From a virus (lineage: Duplodnaviria; Caudoviricetes): 34,478 bases of DNA. Under the pieces are notes generated by a model. It searched no databases, had not been told where the DNA came from, and was given only the letters and a program-made list of their open reading frames with translations. Shown piece by piece: positions 24,562 to 32,218 of this stretch. Position 1 is the first letter of the stretch, and each line of letters opens with the position of its first letter. Location: positions 1 through 34,478 of IMG/VR virus record IMGVR_UViG_3300011433_000007. One strand, written 5' to 3'. The position numbers and the translations under genes were made by a program.

Positions 24562-25169
24562 CAGAGGCCCTCGTACTGCGGCGGAATAGGGAACACCCGA
24601 TCCGTCCAGAACATCTTCGCGACCCGCATGGCCTGCTCCGAGTTCGGATCCATGCCATCGCGATCCGCGTCCATGTTCCCGATGAGCACACGCATCCCCT
24701 GCTTGATCTCTTCCGGGATCAGATCGCGCGAGGTGTAGCCCACGAGATAGATGATTTCGATCCGCCCAACTTTGCGATCGCCATCCACCGCCGGCCACGA
24801 CTGCCCAGACGCCAGCGCGAGTCGTCCTGGATGACCGATCGTGTCCACGGTGTAGTAACTGGAAGCCAGCGTCTGCTGGGTGCCGTCCGTGTCGTAGTAC
24901 TTGACCGTGGTCACCGACTGCAGCGGGGCCGCCATCGGCAGCGACAACACCGGCACGAAGTCCGACAGGTTCAGCGTGATGGTTTGGGTCAGGAGGCCGC
25001 GGCCCAGATACTTCTCAGCCGCCGCACGCGCGGCTTTGATGTAGCTGGCGACGATCCCGTCTTCCTGGTTCTGGACACTGCGGATCTGTGCCTTCGCCTC
25101 TTCCACCGTGAAGGGCTCGAGCACGGGCGCCGTCGTCACGCTCCACGAGACGTCCGGACTACAGGCCAC
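24561..25169 (-). CDS. Head-tail connector (HK97 gp6-like adaptor)
   Basis: EPFTVEEAKAQIR...YIKAAR..AE.Y.GR.L.TQT, PLQSV..VKY.D, IPE.IKQ. Confidence 0.9.
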   Translation of the reverse strand: MACSPDVSWSVTTAPVLEPFTVEEAKAQIRSVQNQEDGIVASYIKAARAAAEKYLGRGLLTQTITLNLSDFVPVLSLPMAAPLQSVTTVKYYDTDGTQQTLASSYYTVDTIGHPGRLALASGQSWPAVDGDRKVGRIEIIYLVGYTSRDLIPEEIKQGMRVLIGNMDADRDGMDPNSEQAMRVAKMFWTDRVFPIPPQYEGL

Positions 25170-25383
25170 TGACGCGCCCCTTCGGCGGATCGGCTTTCAC
25201 GGGTATCGGTTCAGGCTTCGGTGGTGCCGGCGGGAGTAACGTCGGATCGACGTAGGGGTCAGACCAGCCGAGTTCTTTGAAGGCTGCGACGAGGGCAGGG
25301 TGGCCGTCTGACACCAACGAGACGTCGCCGTTCTGGCAGATGCGGCGCGCAAAGCTCCGCACTACGTGCTCAAGTGCTGTCAT
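25159..25383 (-). CDS. Small Pro-rich protein downstream of the capsid gene
   Basis: GAGGG upstream of ATG 25383; 74 aa. Confidence 0.65.
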   Translation of the reverse strand: MTALEHVVRSFARRICQNGDVSLVSDGHPALVAAFKELGWSDPYVDPTLLPPAPPKPEPIPVKADPPKGRVSGL

Positions 25384-25411
25384 TGGCCGTGCCCTCTGAG
25401 AAGGAGAACCG

Positions 25412-25447
25412 CACAGCCGGGGAAGTCTCATGGCTCCCCCGGCTATG
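25412..25447 (-). terminator. GC-rich hairpin after the capsid gene (terminator or stabiliser)
   Basis: CATAGCCGGGGGAG-8 nt-CTTCCCCGGCTGTG, 14 bp with G-U pairs; pyrimidine-rich tail but no clean U run. Confidence 0.55.
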
Positions 25448-25458
25448 TCTATCTGGAC

Positions 25459-25487
25459 CGTAAGTCGTTTGTTTACAACAACTTACG
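25459..25487. repeat. AT-rich inverted repeat immediately after the capsid stop
   Basis: CGTAAGTTGTT-gtaaaca-AACGACTTACG on the - strand (11-bp stem). Confidence 0.75.
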
Positions 25488-25488
25488 T

Positions 25489-26841
25489 TTACGTTGAGTT
25501 CTGATAACCCTTAACTGGATTGGTTCCCGCGTTCAGCAAGTCGCCGTCCGTCCTGATGAACGCCAGGAAGGCCACCGACAGGAACTCGGCATACCGCTCG
25601 TCCATGCGGATCAGCGTGAAGTCCCGCACGTCGCGGATGATGTACTTCGACAGGTCGCCGAAGATGATCGACTTCGCCGAGATCGTCATGGACGCCATGT
25701 CCTGATTGATGACGATCGGCGCCCCGAAGATCGTGTCGGGTGACGCCGACACCAGGTTCGGGAGCCACAGCGGCCGACTCGAGGAATCGACAATCTGCTT
25801 GATCTTCAAGAGCGAGTTGTCGTTCATCATGAAGGTGCCGGGGCGGCGATACGACGGGTCCACCGCGTGATACAGCGCCAACAGGTTGGCGTAGGTGATG
25901 CCCGTGGTATTGCCCGTGGTCGCCTGCGTGAACGTCGCCGCGTTGACGATGCCGTTCGGCGTGCCCGTGCCTGTGCCCGTGGTGAAGTGGGTGTGCGACG
26001 GCCGCGCCACGCGCTCACCGAGCAACCGGCCCAGCATCTGCGGCAGGTTGACGGCGCTGTCCTGCATCAGCTCAACGCTCACCACGACTTCCTTCGACGT
26101 GTACTTGTAGGCGTCCAACACCAACTGGCTGAACGCGGCGTCCTGCTTCGTGGCGGTCGTGTTTTCCCCGATCAGCGTGCCCACTTGCGTGGTGTCGTTG
26201 ACGGTGGGAATCGGCAGCGGCCCGCCCGTGTCGGTCCGGAGTATCGTCGCGACCTGACGCATCCCGCCGTATTCCAGCAGCGCGATTTCGACTTCGCGCA
26301 TCGCGGCGTCCTGGATCGCGTAGCCGCCCGCGCTGGTGGACGCCTGCGGACCCGCCATCGAGCGGTACTCGTCGTGATACTGCTGCCAGATCTTCATGGC
26401 ATCCGGCGTCAGACCCGTGAGAGCGCGCACCGCCAGCTTGTACGGGAGCTGGCTGCTCTGGAGGTCCAGCCCGACGCGCTTGGCCGCCATCTGCATGTGG
26501 GTCGGGATCGCCTGGCTCTTGGCGCCGCTGATGAACCAGCCGCGCACGGCGTCCTGGTAGTCCCACGCGCCGGCCATCAGCCGCGATTCGATCGGGCCAG
26601 ACGGCGTGGGGTTGGGCTGGGTGATGCGAGCCGAGACTTCGTTGACCCCGCGCTCGGCATCTTCCTGCTTCTGAATCAGGGAGAGGTGCGAGGAGATCTT
26701 CTCGACGTCCGTGTGGATGGCGTTGAACTTCCGCTCTTCCTCGGGGGTGAGTCCTTCGCGCTTCTCGGCGTGAACCTTCGCCAGGATCTCGTTCGCTTCG
26801 TTGACGAGCTGGCCTTTCTTGAGGAGCAAGTCTTGTTTCAT
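25489..26841 (-). CDS. Major capsid protein, HK97 fold with N-terminal delta domain
   Basis: N-terminal coiled coil; GGYAI, VSVELMQDS, G.GTG.PNGI, RPLW, FGDLS.Y.IRD, R.DG; AAAGGGA SD before ATG 26841. Confidence 0.97.
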   Translation of the reverse strand: MKQDLLLKKGQLVNEANEILAKVHAEKREGLTPEEERKFNAIHTDVEKISSHLSLIQKQEDAERGVNEVSARITQPNPTPSGPIESRLMAGAWDYQDAVRGWFISGAKSQAIPTHMQMAAKRVGLDLQSSQLPYKLAVRALTGLTPDAMKIWQQYHDEYRSMAGPQASTSAGGYAIQDAAMREVEIALLEYGGMRQVATILRTDTGGPLPIPTVNDTTQVGTLIGENTTATKQDAAFSQLVLDAYKYTSKEVVVSVELMQDSAVNLPQMLGRLLGERVARPSHTHFTTGTGTGTPNGIVNAATFTQATTGNTTGITYANLLALYHAVDPSYRRPGTFMMNDNSLLKIKQIVDSSSRPLWLPNLVSASPDTIFGAPIVINQDMASMTISAKSIIFGDLSKYIIRDVRDFTLIRMDERYAEFLSVAFLAFIRTDGDLLNAGTNPVKGYQNST

Positions 26842-26842
26842 T

Positions 26843-27004
26843 GGCGTGTCCCTTTCGCTCGCTGGGCACGCCTGATACACAAAAAGGCGTAGCCAAAAGC
26901 GAGCACATCTGTGCTCTGCTATGGGCCACGCCCTTCCGACTCCGCGGGAGAGGTGAGCCGTTTATATCAACAGGCGCCCGGTGAACGCGTCACCGACACA
27001 CCTG
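26843..27004 (-). promoter_or_regulatory. Structured capsid-gene leader, candidate two-state RNA switch/attenuator
   Basis: Five manually identified stems, four of them in mutually exclusive sets; one has a U5 tail and one sequesters the SD (see findings). Confidence 0.65.
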
Positions 27005-27026
27005 AGATTCAAGTAGTCAGGATTGA

Positions 27027-27206
27027 TTATGTCGAGGTCGTTCGCATCGGTCTATTTACTACCGCCGAAATCACCTGCCGAATGAGGGCGGGGATGCTGA
27101 TGTCCTGCTGGCGGGCCAGACGATCGAGCGAGTCGTAATCATGCGCGGCAATCCGAATATCGATCCGAACGGGGTCTGGCACTTCCTGCGGGCGGCCGCG
27201 CTTCAC
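27027..27206 (-). CDS. Ribbon-helix-helix (CopG/Arc-like) DNA-binding protein
   Basis: MKRGRP...VRIDIRI...YDSLDRLARQQDISIPALIRQVI; GTGA overlap with the GT41 stop. Confidence 0.8.
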   Translation of the reverse strand: MKRGRPQEVPDPVRIDIRIAAHDYDSLDRLARQQDISIPALIRQVISAVVNRPMRTTST

Positions 27207-28852
27207 GAAGCCTGTTCCTTCGCCCACCGCTGAAACAGTTCCAGCGAGGGATGAGCGCACCACTCCCGCCAGACGTCCCGGTAGGCCGTTTCCGTGGCTT
27301 CCAGATAGCCCTGACGAATCGGAGAGGCATCGCACTGGTCCCGCAGCCGTGTCCGGATGTTCGCCAGTTCCTGCTTGCGCGTCGTGACCCACGTCACCGC
27401 CGTGTCGATGTACTGCTCCTTCGTCTCCACGATGAAGTCGGTGAGGCCGAGAATCGTCAAGAGGCTCGCCGATGTCCGCTGGATAATCCGGTCGCCAATC
27501 AGCGTCACCATCGGCACACCCATCCAGAGCGAATCGCACGACGAGACGCCGCCTGTCTGAGGCCAGCAATCCAGTGACAGATCCACCTGGCTATACGCCT
27601 GCTTGTGCGCCAGACTCGACGTCGCGAACTGAAACTCCACTTGCGGGGCTTGCGCGCCAAAGTGGGGCAGGATCCACTCCACCAGGCTCTTTGGATAGTG
27701 ACTCTTGAACAACAACCGGCTCTCTGGGAGTCGCTCGAGAATCCGCCGCCACACCTCAAACTCGTCCGCGTTCAGTTTCAATGAACGCTGGAACACGCCG
27801 AACGTCGGACGCTCCGAGAGACACGGCAGCGTGTTGGGCTGCACCGGGAAGCCCGACATGGGTTCGTAATTGATGACGCAGGGCATATACAGCATACGCT
27901 CGACGTGTTCGTGTTGCCGGTCTTCGGGCACCACGACGCGATCCGTCATCAGGTAGTCCATCGCCTTCCAGCCGACCCCGGTCGCATAGCCCCAGCCCGT
28001 GATCTGAATCGGCGCTGGCTTGAAGCAGAACACCGGCAGGCTGTTGCAGGCCGTATACCCGGACAAGTCCACGAGAATATCGATCTGATCGTCCCGGATG
28101 CGATCCCAAATCACCGCATCCGGCCAGAGCTTCCCCGGCTTACGCCGCCCATCTGGCAAGAACCCTTCATCCATCCGGAGATCTCGCCAGCCTCCACGCG
28201 ACTGATAGTCCACCGTCTTGTGGTCGTGCTTGTCGTGGGGGGTCGTGCTGTAGAAATATGGGATGACGCCTTCAGAATGCTGCAACAGAACCCGCTCGAA
28301 GACGGTCGCCGCGGAATGGAACTGGTAATCCCCAGAGACATACCCCACCCGTAACGGCCGCTCCGGATCGCGGTTGTGGTTCGCGTGCCCGGTTCGGCGT
28401 TTGTAATTGTCCGCCCCGTGATACTGCCACCAGAGATCGCGCTCCTTCTGGGCACGCTCCGCCGTGGTACTGGGCAGCGCGTCCACGATCATAATCAGGC
28501 GCGACCGCGCCTCCGCATATGTCGGATCGATCTCCAGTGCCTTCCGAAACGCTTGGATGGCTTCCTGAATCTTCCCCTGCCGCTCGAGCACGGCGCCCAG
28601 GGAGTCGTACGCCATCGGTTGCCGAAACTCCTCGTACGTTAGTAGATCTCGGACAAGAGGTTCCGTTTCATCCCACGCCTGCGCGTCGTAATACGCCTGT
28701 GCCCGCACGATGAGATCCGCCATCGTGCGGAGCTCGGCCTCTGTGCGGGGCTGTTGGCGACGGCCCAGCCGGAACACATCCGAAAACCGGGCCCGCTCGA
28801 GCTTGCCCGCCTTCCGCGTGGACCCGCCGTGGTTGAATCCCCGCTTGCCCAT
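27203..28852 (-). CDS. TPR-containing GT41 glycosyltransferase (OGT/SPINDLY-like)
   Basis: TPR AYDSLGAVL..QG...EAI..FRKALEIDP.YAEA; RPLRVGYVSGDY..HS; DQIDILVDLSGYT; KPAPIQ; FG.F....KL; VDLSLD.WP..GG....DSLWMGVPMVTL.G. Confidence 0.92.
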   Translation of the reverse strand: MGKRGFNHGGSTRKAGKLERARFSDVFRLGRRQQPRTEAELRTMADLIVRAQAYYDAQAWDETEPLVRDLLTYEEFRQPMAYDSLGAVLERQGKIQEAIQAFRKALEIDPTYAEARSRLIMIVDALPSTTAERAQKERDLWWQYHGADNYKRRTGHANHNRDPERPLRVGYVSGDYQFHSAATVFERVLLQHSEGVIPYFYSTTPHDKHDHKTVDYQSRGGWRDLRMDEGFLPDGRRKPGKLWPDAVIWDRIRDDQIDILVDLSGYTACNSLPVFCFKPAPIQITGWGYATGVGWKAMDYLMTDRVVVPEDRQHEHVERMLYMPCVINYEPMSGFPVQPNTLPCLSERPTFGVFQRSLKLNADEFEVWRRILERLPESRLLFKSHYPKSLVEWILPHFGAQAPQVEFQFATSSLAHKQAYSQVDLSLDCWPQTGGVSSCDSLWMGVPMVTLIGDRIIQRTSASLLTILGLTDFIVETKEQYIDTAVTWVTTRKQELANIRTRLRDQCDASPIRQGYLEATETAYRDVWREWCAHPSLELFQRWAKEQAS

Positions 28853-29485
28853 TTACCGCGCCATGAGATTGCGTTGACGTTTCCGCGCCATGTCCAGCGA
28901 CAGGCACCGCCGCACGTCCGAGTTGAAGACGTCCAGGGACCGCTGCGAAAGCGCCACCGAGGTGTCTTTGTACGCGGGCTTGCCCACGATCGACACTTCC
29001 GAGAACAGCATGTCCACGATCTCACGTTCGTACACGCCCTGTTCGTCAGGCTCCTCCGACCACTTCTCGTCGATCACGCGAAAGCCAAACGACATCCGCC
29101 GCACGTCGCCCCGTTTCAGACCTGCCGCGTGATGCGTGGCCAGCCATTCCTGCGTGGGATACAACTCCATCGCCAGGGCCGTACTCGTCTTTCGCAGATT
29201 CAGCGTCCCGGACAGCGTGCTGCCGAGGACTTCCCCGCCGTCGTGATTCCAGTAGGCGTGGATCTCTTCCGCGCTGCGAAGCGTGCGATCGACCGCGGCC
29301 GGCGCGATGACTTCCCGGAACGCAATCTCTCCGAACATCCCGCCGCGCATCACCTGCGACCAGGAATTGAACACGATCGGATTCCCGCGGATGACAGGCC
29401 GTGTGCCGTCCCCGTCATAGTTAAAGAGCGTGGAGGCGTCTCGCTTCTCCACACCCTCAGGCTGCTGCTTAGAGGCTCCGGACAT
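28853..29485 (-). CDS. HK97-family prohead maturation protease (S78)
   Basis: FREVI, WNHD...LG, RGDV..MSFGF, L.EVS.V..PAY..T.V; GAGGAG RBS. Confidence 0.95.
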   Translation of the reverse strand: MSGASKQQPEGVEKRDASTLFNYDGDGTRPVIRGNPIVFNSWSQVMRGGMFGEIAFREVIAPAAVDRTLRSAEEIHAYWNHDGGEVLGSTLSGTLNLRKTSTALAMELYPTQEWLATHHAAGLKRGDVRRMSFGFRVIDEKWSEEPDEQGVYEREIVDMLFSEVSIVGKPAYKDTSVALSQRSLDVFNSDVRRCLSLDMARKRQRNLMAR

Positions 29486-32216
29486 AGGTCATCTCCTCTT
29501 GAACTACTGCATCGGCAATCGCAGCGGGGCGTTCGCGCTCCCACCGCGTCAACAGGTGCTCCAGTGCGACAGGGAACTCTTCGGGATCCCCGCTCGCTAC
29601 CGCACGAATCTGTGCGACAGCGGCCAGTAGTTGCGGACGGACCTTGTTCCGCGTGTAGGTGTCCACATCAACATCTGAGTCGATGTCAATCAGCACTTCC
29701 TGCATGATGTCGCGGAGGGCATCGACGAACCGGTCCTCATGCACCGGCCCCATGTAGAACGACTCCGCCCACGCCAGCAACTTCGCCGGCGTAGTCTGAT
29801 TCCGCCGAGCCCGATCGCACTCGACCACGAGAACCTTGCTCGCTGCGGTGGCGATGACCTTACGACGCGCGGTGATCGTGGCTTGTCGTTTCGCAATGTA
29901 CGTGGCTTTCAATGCCGGCAGGGCAGCTTCAGCGGCCGCGCGTAACGCCTGCTCGGCCTCCAGCTTCGCCACCGTCTCGGCTAGTGCCTGCTCCGTGGCC
30001 AGCCGGTTCGCTGTGGCCTCTTCCAGGGCCTGTGCCGCCGCCCGTTTCTCCGCATACACCGTGGCCGTGGCCGTGTCCAGGGCTGATCGGATCGCCTCCT
30101 GCGCCTGCTCCGCCTCAACGCGCGCCGCCGTCTCTTCCTCGAGCAACTGGCGAGCGGCCTCGGCCTCGTCCGTGGCCTTTCTGAGTTTTTCAGCCGCTTC
30201 AGTGGCTTTCTGGTGGGCTTCGTCCGCCTTCGCTGCTGACGTCGCCGCCTCGGCCATCTTCGCCACGCGATCCGCGTCTACGGCATCCCGTTCCTGCTGG
30301 GCCTCCGCGATCGCCGTCCGTAACTGCTCCACCTGGTTCCAGGCCGCCTTCAACGCGCCCCGCTCCGTCTCGAGCTCTGAGGACGTCACGGTATACCGCG
30401 CCTCCGCCGCCACGAGATCGGCCTGCAGCTTCGTCAGCGCCAGGTCCGCCGCCACGACGGTCTGGTGCATGACCCGCTGATCCGCTTCCACCTGAGCCGC
30501 CCGCGCGGCCATCGCGTTCAATTCAGCCGTGACCCGCTCCAGTTCAAGAGCCGTGGCCGTCTTCGCGGCTTCCGCGTAAAACTGAGCCGCCTCGGCCTGC
30601 GCCCTCAGGTCGTCTGCTGCACGTTGTGTCGCTTCATGCTCGGCCGCGATTTGCCCCGCCCGTTCCGTGGCGTCCATCAGCAGTACCCGAAGCTGATTCG
30701 CCTCGGCTTGTTCCTTCGCCAACTGCGCCCGCAATCCGGACGCATCCACTTCCAGTTCGGACTTCGCCTCTTTGAGGCTCAGGTTGTCCATCTCCACGGT
30801 AGTGATCTTCGCAGCCGTGTCGGCGATGCGCGATTCCACAGCGGCCAGGGCAGTCCTGATTTCCTCCACCATCCGCTGTGACTTCTCCTCGTCGTCGTCT
30901 GACTTCGCGGCTGGTGCCTGTGGAGCTTGCGGCTTCGGATCCGGCGCCACCTGCTTGTCCACGATCTCATCCACGCGATCGAGCGGCTGGTTATTGGACT
31001 GAATGAAGTACTTCTTGCCCGCCCCGTCTGGCAGCGGGTTCATGTCTTCCTTTTCCCGCACATCATCGGCGCTCAGGAACCCGTTCTGGATCCCCTTCGC
31101 GTACGCCTCATACCGGGCCGCGGTATCCCCGCGCAACTTGCTGTCCATGTTGTGCTTGAAGAACTGGATCCGGCGCTCAGACGGCGCGATCAGTTGCCGC
31201 AAGAGTTCCTGTTCCCAACAGACACACCGCGGCTGCAATGTATCCGATGAATACTCGATGTTCATCTGCTCGACGCTGTTGTACGACGTCCTGATCAGGT
31301 GCTGGACCTTGTGCGGCGGCATCCGGAACCACCGGCACATCTCTTCCACCTGGTGCTGGCGGGTCTCGATGAACTGCGCGGCATTCTGATCCACCGTCAG
31401 CCGCTGGAACTTCATGCCCTCTTCGGTCACGATGAACTTGTGCGCCTTCTCGACGCCTTGATGCTGCGCGTTCACCGACTGCCGGAAGTTTTCCAGTGCC
31501 TTATCGGACATGCGGGTGGGATGCTCAAACACCCCACCAAACGTCGATCCGTTCCCGTAGAACGTCCCGCCGAATCGTTCCGCCGCCAACCCGAGCCCGA
31601 TGGATTCCCGCGCCATGTGGACAATGTTCCGCCCAGACACGCCATCGTGCGTCAGGCTCGGCAAGACAAACATCTGGTCCTGCCGCAATACATCCGAGCC
31701 GCCATCCGCCCGCGTGACCTGGAAATACAACCGGCCCAGATCATCGCGCCGCACGTTCACTCGGTCGGGCGTGATCGGCCACAACTGGTGGACCTGCCCC
31801 GACCCATTGCGGACGATCTCGGCGTACCCCATGCCATACGTCAGCGCATTCGAGGTCAAGAGCCCGCGAAACGTGAACGCCGTCATCTCCGGGTTGGGCG
31901 AATCATGCAGCAGTGAGAACAGTTTATGGTCCTGTAAGAGCGTTTTGCCGCCATTCGACTCCCGTTTGTAGAGATTCAGCGGGAATGAGGCAATGTCCGT
32001 GCTGATGTTGTTCACGCACGCCCAAAACACGGAGTACGTGTACGCGGTGGTCTCATTCACCTGCATCCCGGTGCTGGTCGCCGACGTAGAGCTCCAGAAC
32101 CCGGACCGCGCCAACGCCGGATCGCTGGACTGTCCATGCATCCAGTACCCGCGCTGTTCGGCTTGCCGCGCCAGGACCCCAAAGAGATAGGCCAGGAAGC
32201 CCTTTTTATCAGCCAT
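29469..32216 (-). CDS. HK97-family portal protein with long C-terminal coiled-coil extension
   Basis: VFWACV..IS..IAS.P, PNPEMT, AQFIETR, F.MPP, R..EDMNP in the first ~415 aa, then ~500 aa of Ala/Glu-rich helix. Confidence 0.93.
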   Translation of the reverse strand: MADKKGFLAYLFGVLARQAEQRGYWMHGQSSDPALARSGFWSSTSATSTGMQVNETTAYTYSVFWACVNNISTDIASFPLNLYKRESNGGKTLLQDHKLFSLLHDSPNPEMTAFTFRGLLTSNALTYGMGYAEIVRNGSGQVHQLWPITPDRVNVRRDDLGRLYFQVTRADGGSDVLRQDQMFVLPSLTHDGVSGRNIVHMARESIGLGLAAERFGGTFYGNGSTFGGVFEHPTRMSDKALENFRQSVNAQHQGVEKAHKFIVTEEGMKFQRLTVDQNAAQFIETRQHQVEEMCRWFRMPPHKVQHLIRTSYNSVEQMNIEYSSDTLQPRCVCWEQELLRQLIAPSERRIQFFKHNMDSKLRGDTAARYEAYAKGIQNGFLSADDVREKEDMNPLPDGAGKKYFIQSNNQPLDRVDEIVDKQVAPDPKPQAPQAPAAKSDDDEEKSQRMVEEIRTALAAVESRIADTAAKITTVEMDNLSLKEAKSELEVDASGLRAQLAKEQAEANQLRVLLMDATERAGQIAAEHEATQRAADDLRAQAEAAQFYAEAAKTATALELERVTAELNAMAARAAQVEADQRVMHQTVVAADLALTKLQADLVAAEARYTVTSSELETERGALKAAWNQVEQLRTAIAEAQQERDAVDADRVAKMAEAATSAAKADEAHQKATEAAEKLRKATDEAEAARQLLEEETAARVEAEQAQEAIRSALDTATATVYAEKRAAAQALEEATANRLATEQALAETVAKLEAEQALRAAAEAALPALKATYIAKRQATITARRKVIATAASKVLVVECDRARRNQTTPAKLLAWAESFYMGPVHEDRFVDALRDIMQEVLIDIDSDVDVDTYTRNKVRPQLLAAVAQIRAVASGDPEEFPVALEHLLTRWERERPAAIADAVVQEEMTYVRSL

Positions 32217-32218
32217 CG

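Noticed and set aside
25867-26929. Long alternative ORFs over the capsid gene (25867-26892 +, 26072-26929 -)
   Set aside because: Arg/Gly-rich off-frame products expected from high GC3 codon bias; no motifs or RBS.
26843-27004. tRNA or known riboswitch identity for the capsid leader
   Set aside because: No T-loop, D-loop or CCA features, and no aptamer consensus I recognise; kept as an unclassified structure.
28754-29707. 317-aa plus-strand ORF (similarly 4292-5041, 22387-23226, 24417-25172)
   Set aside because: Antisense to well-supported genes, with no recognisable domains.
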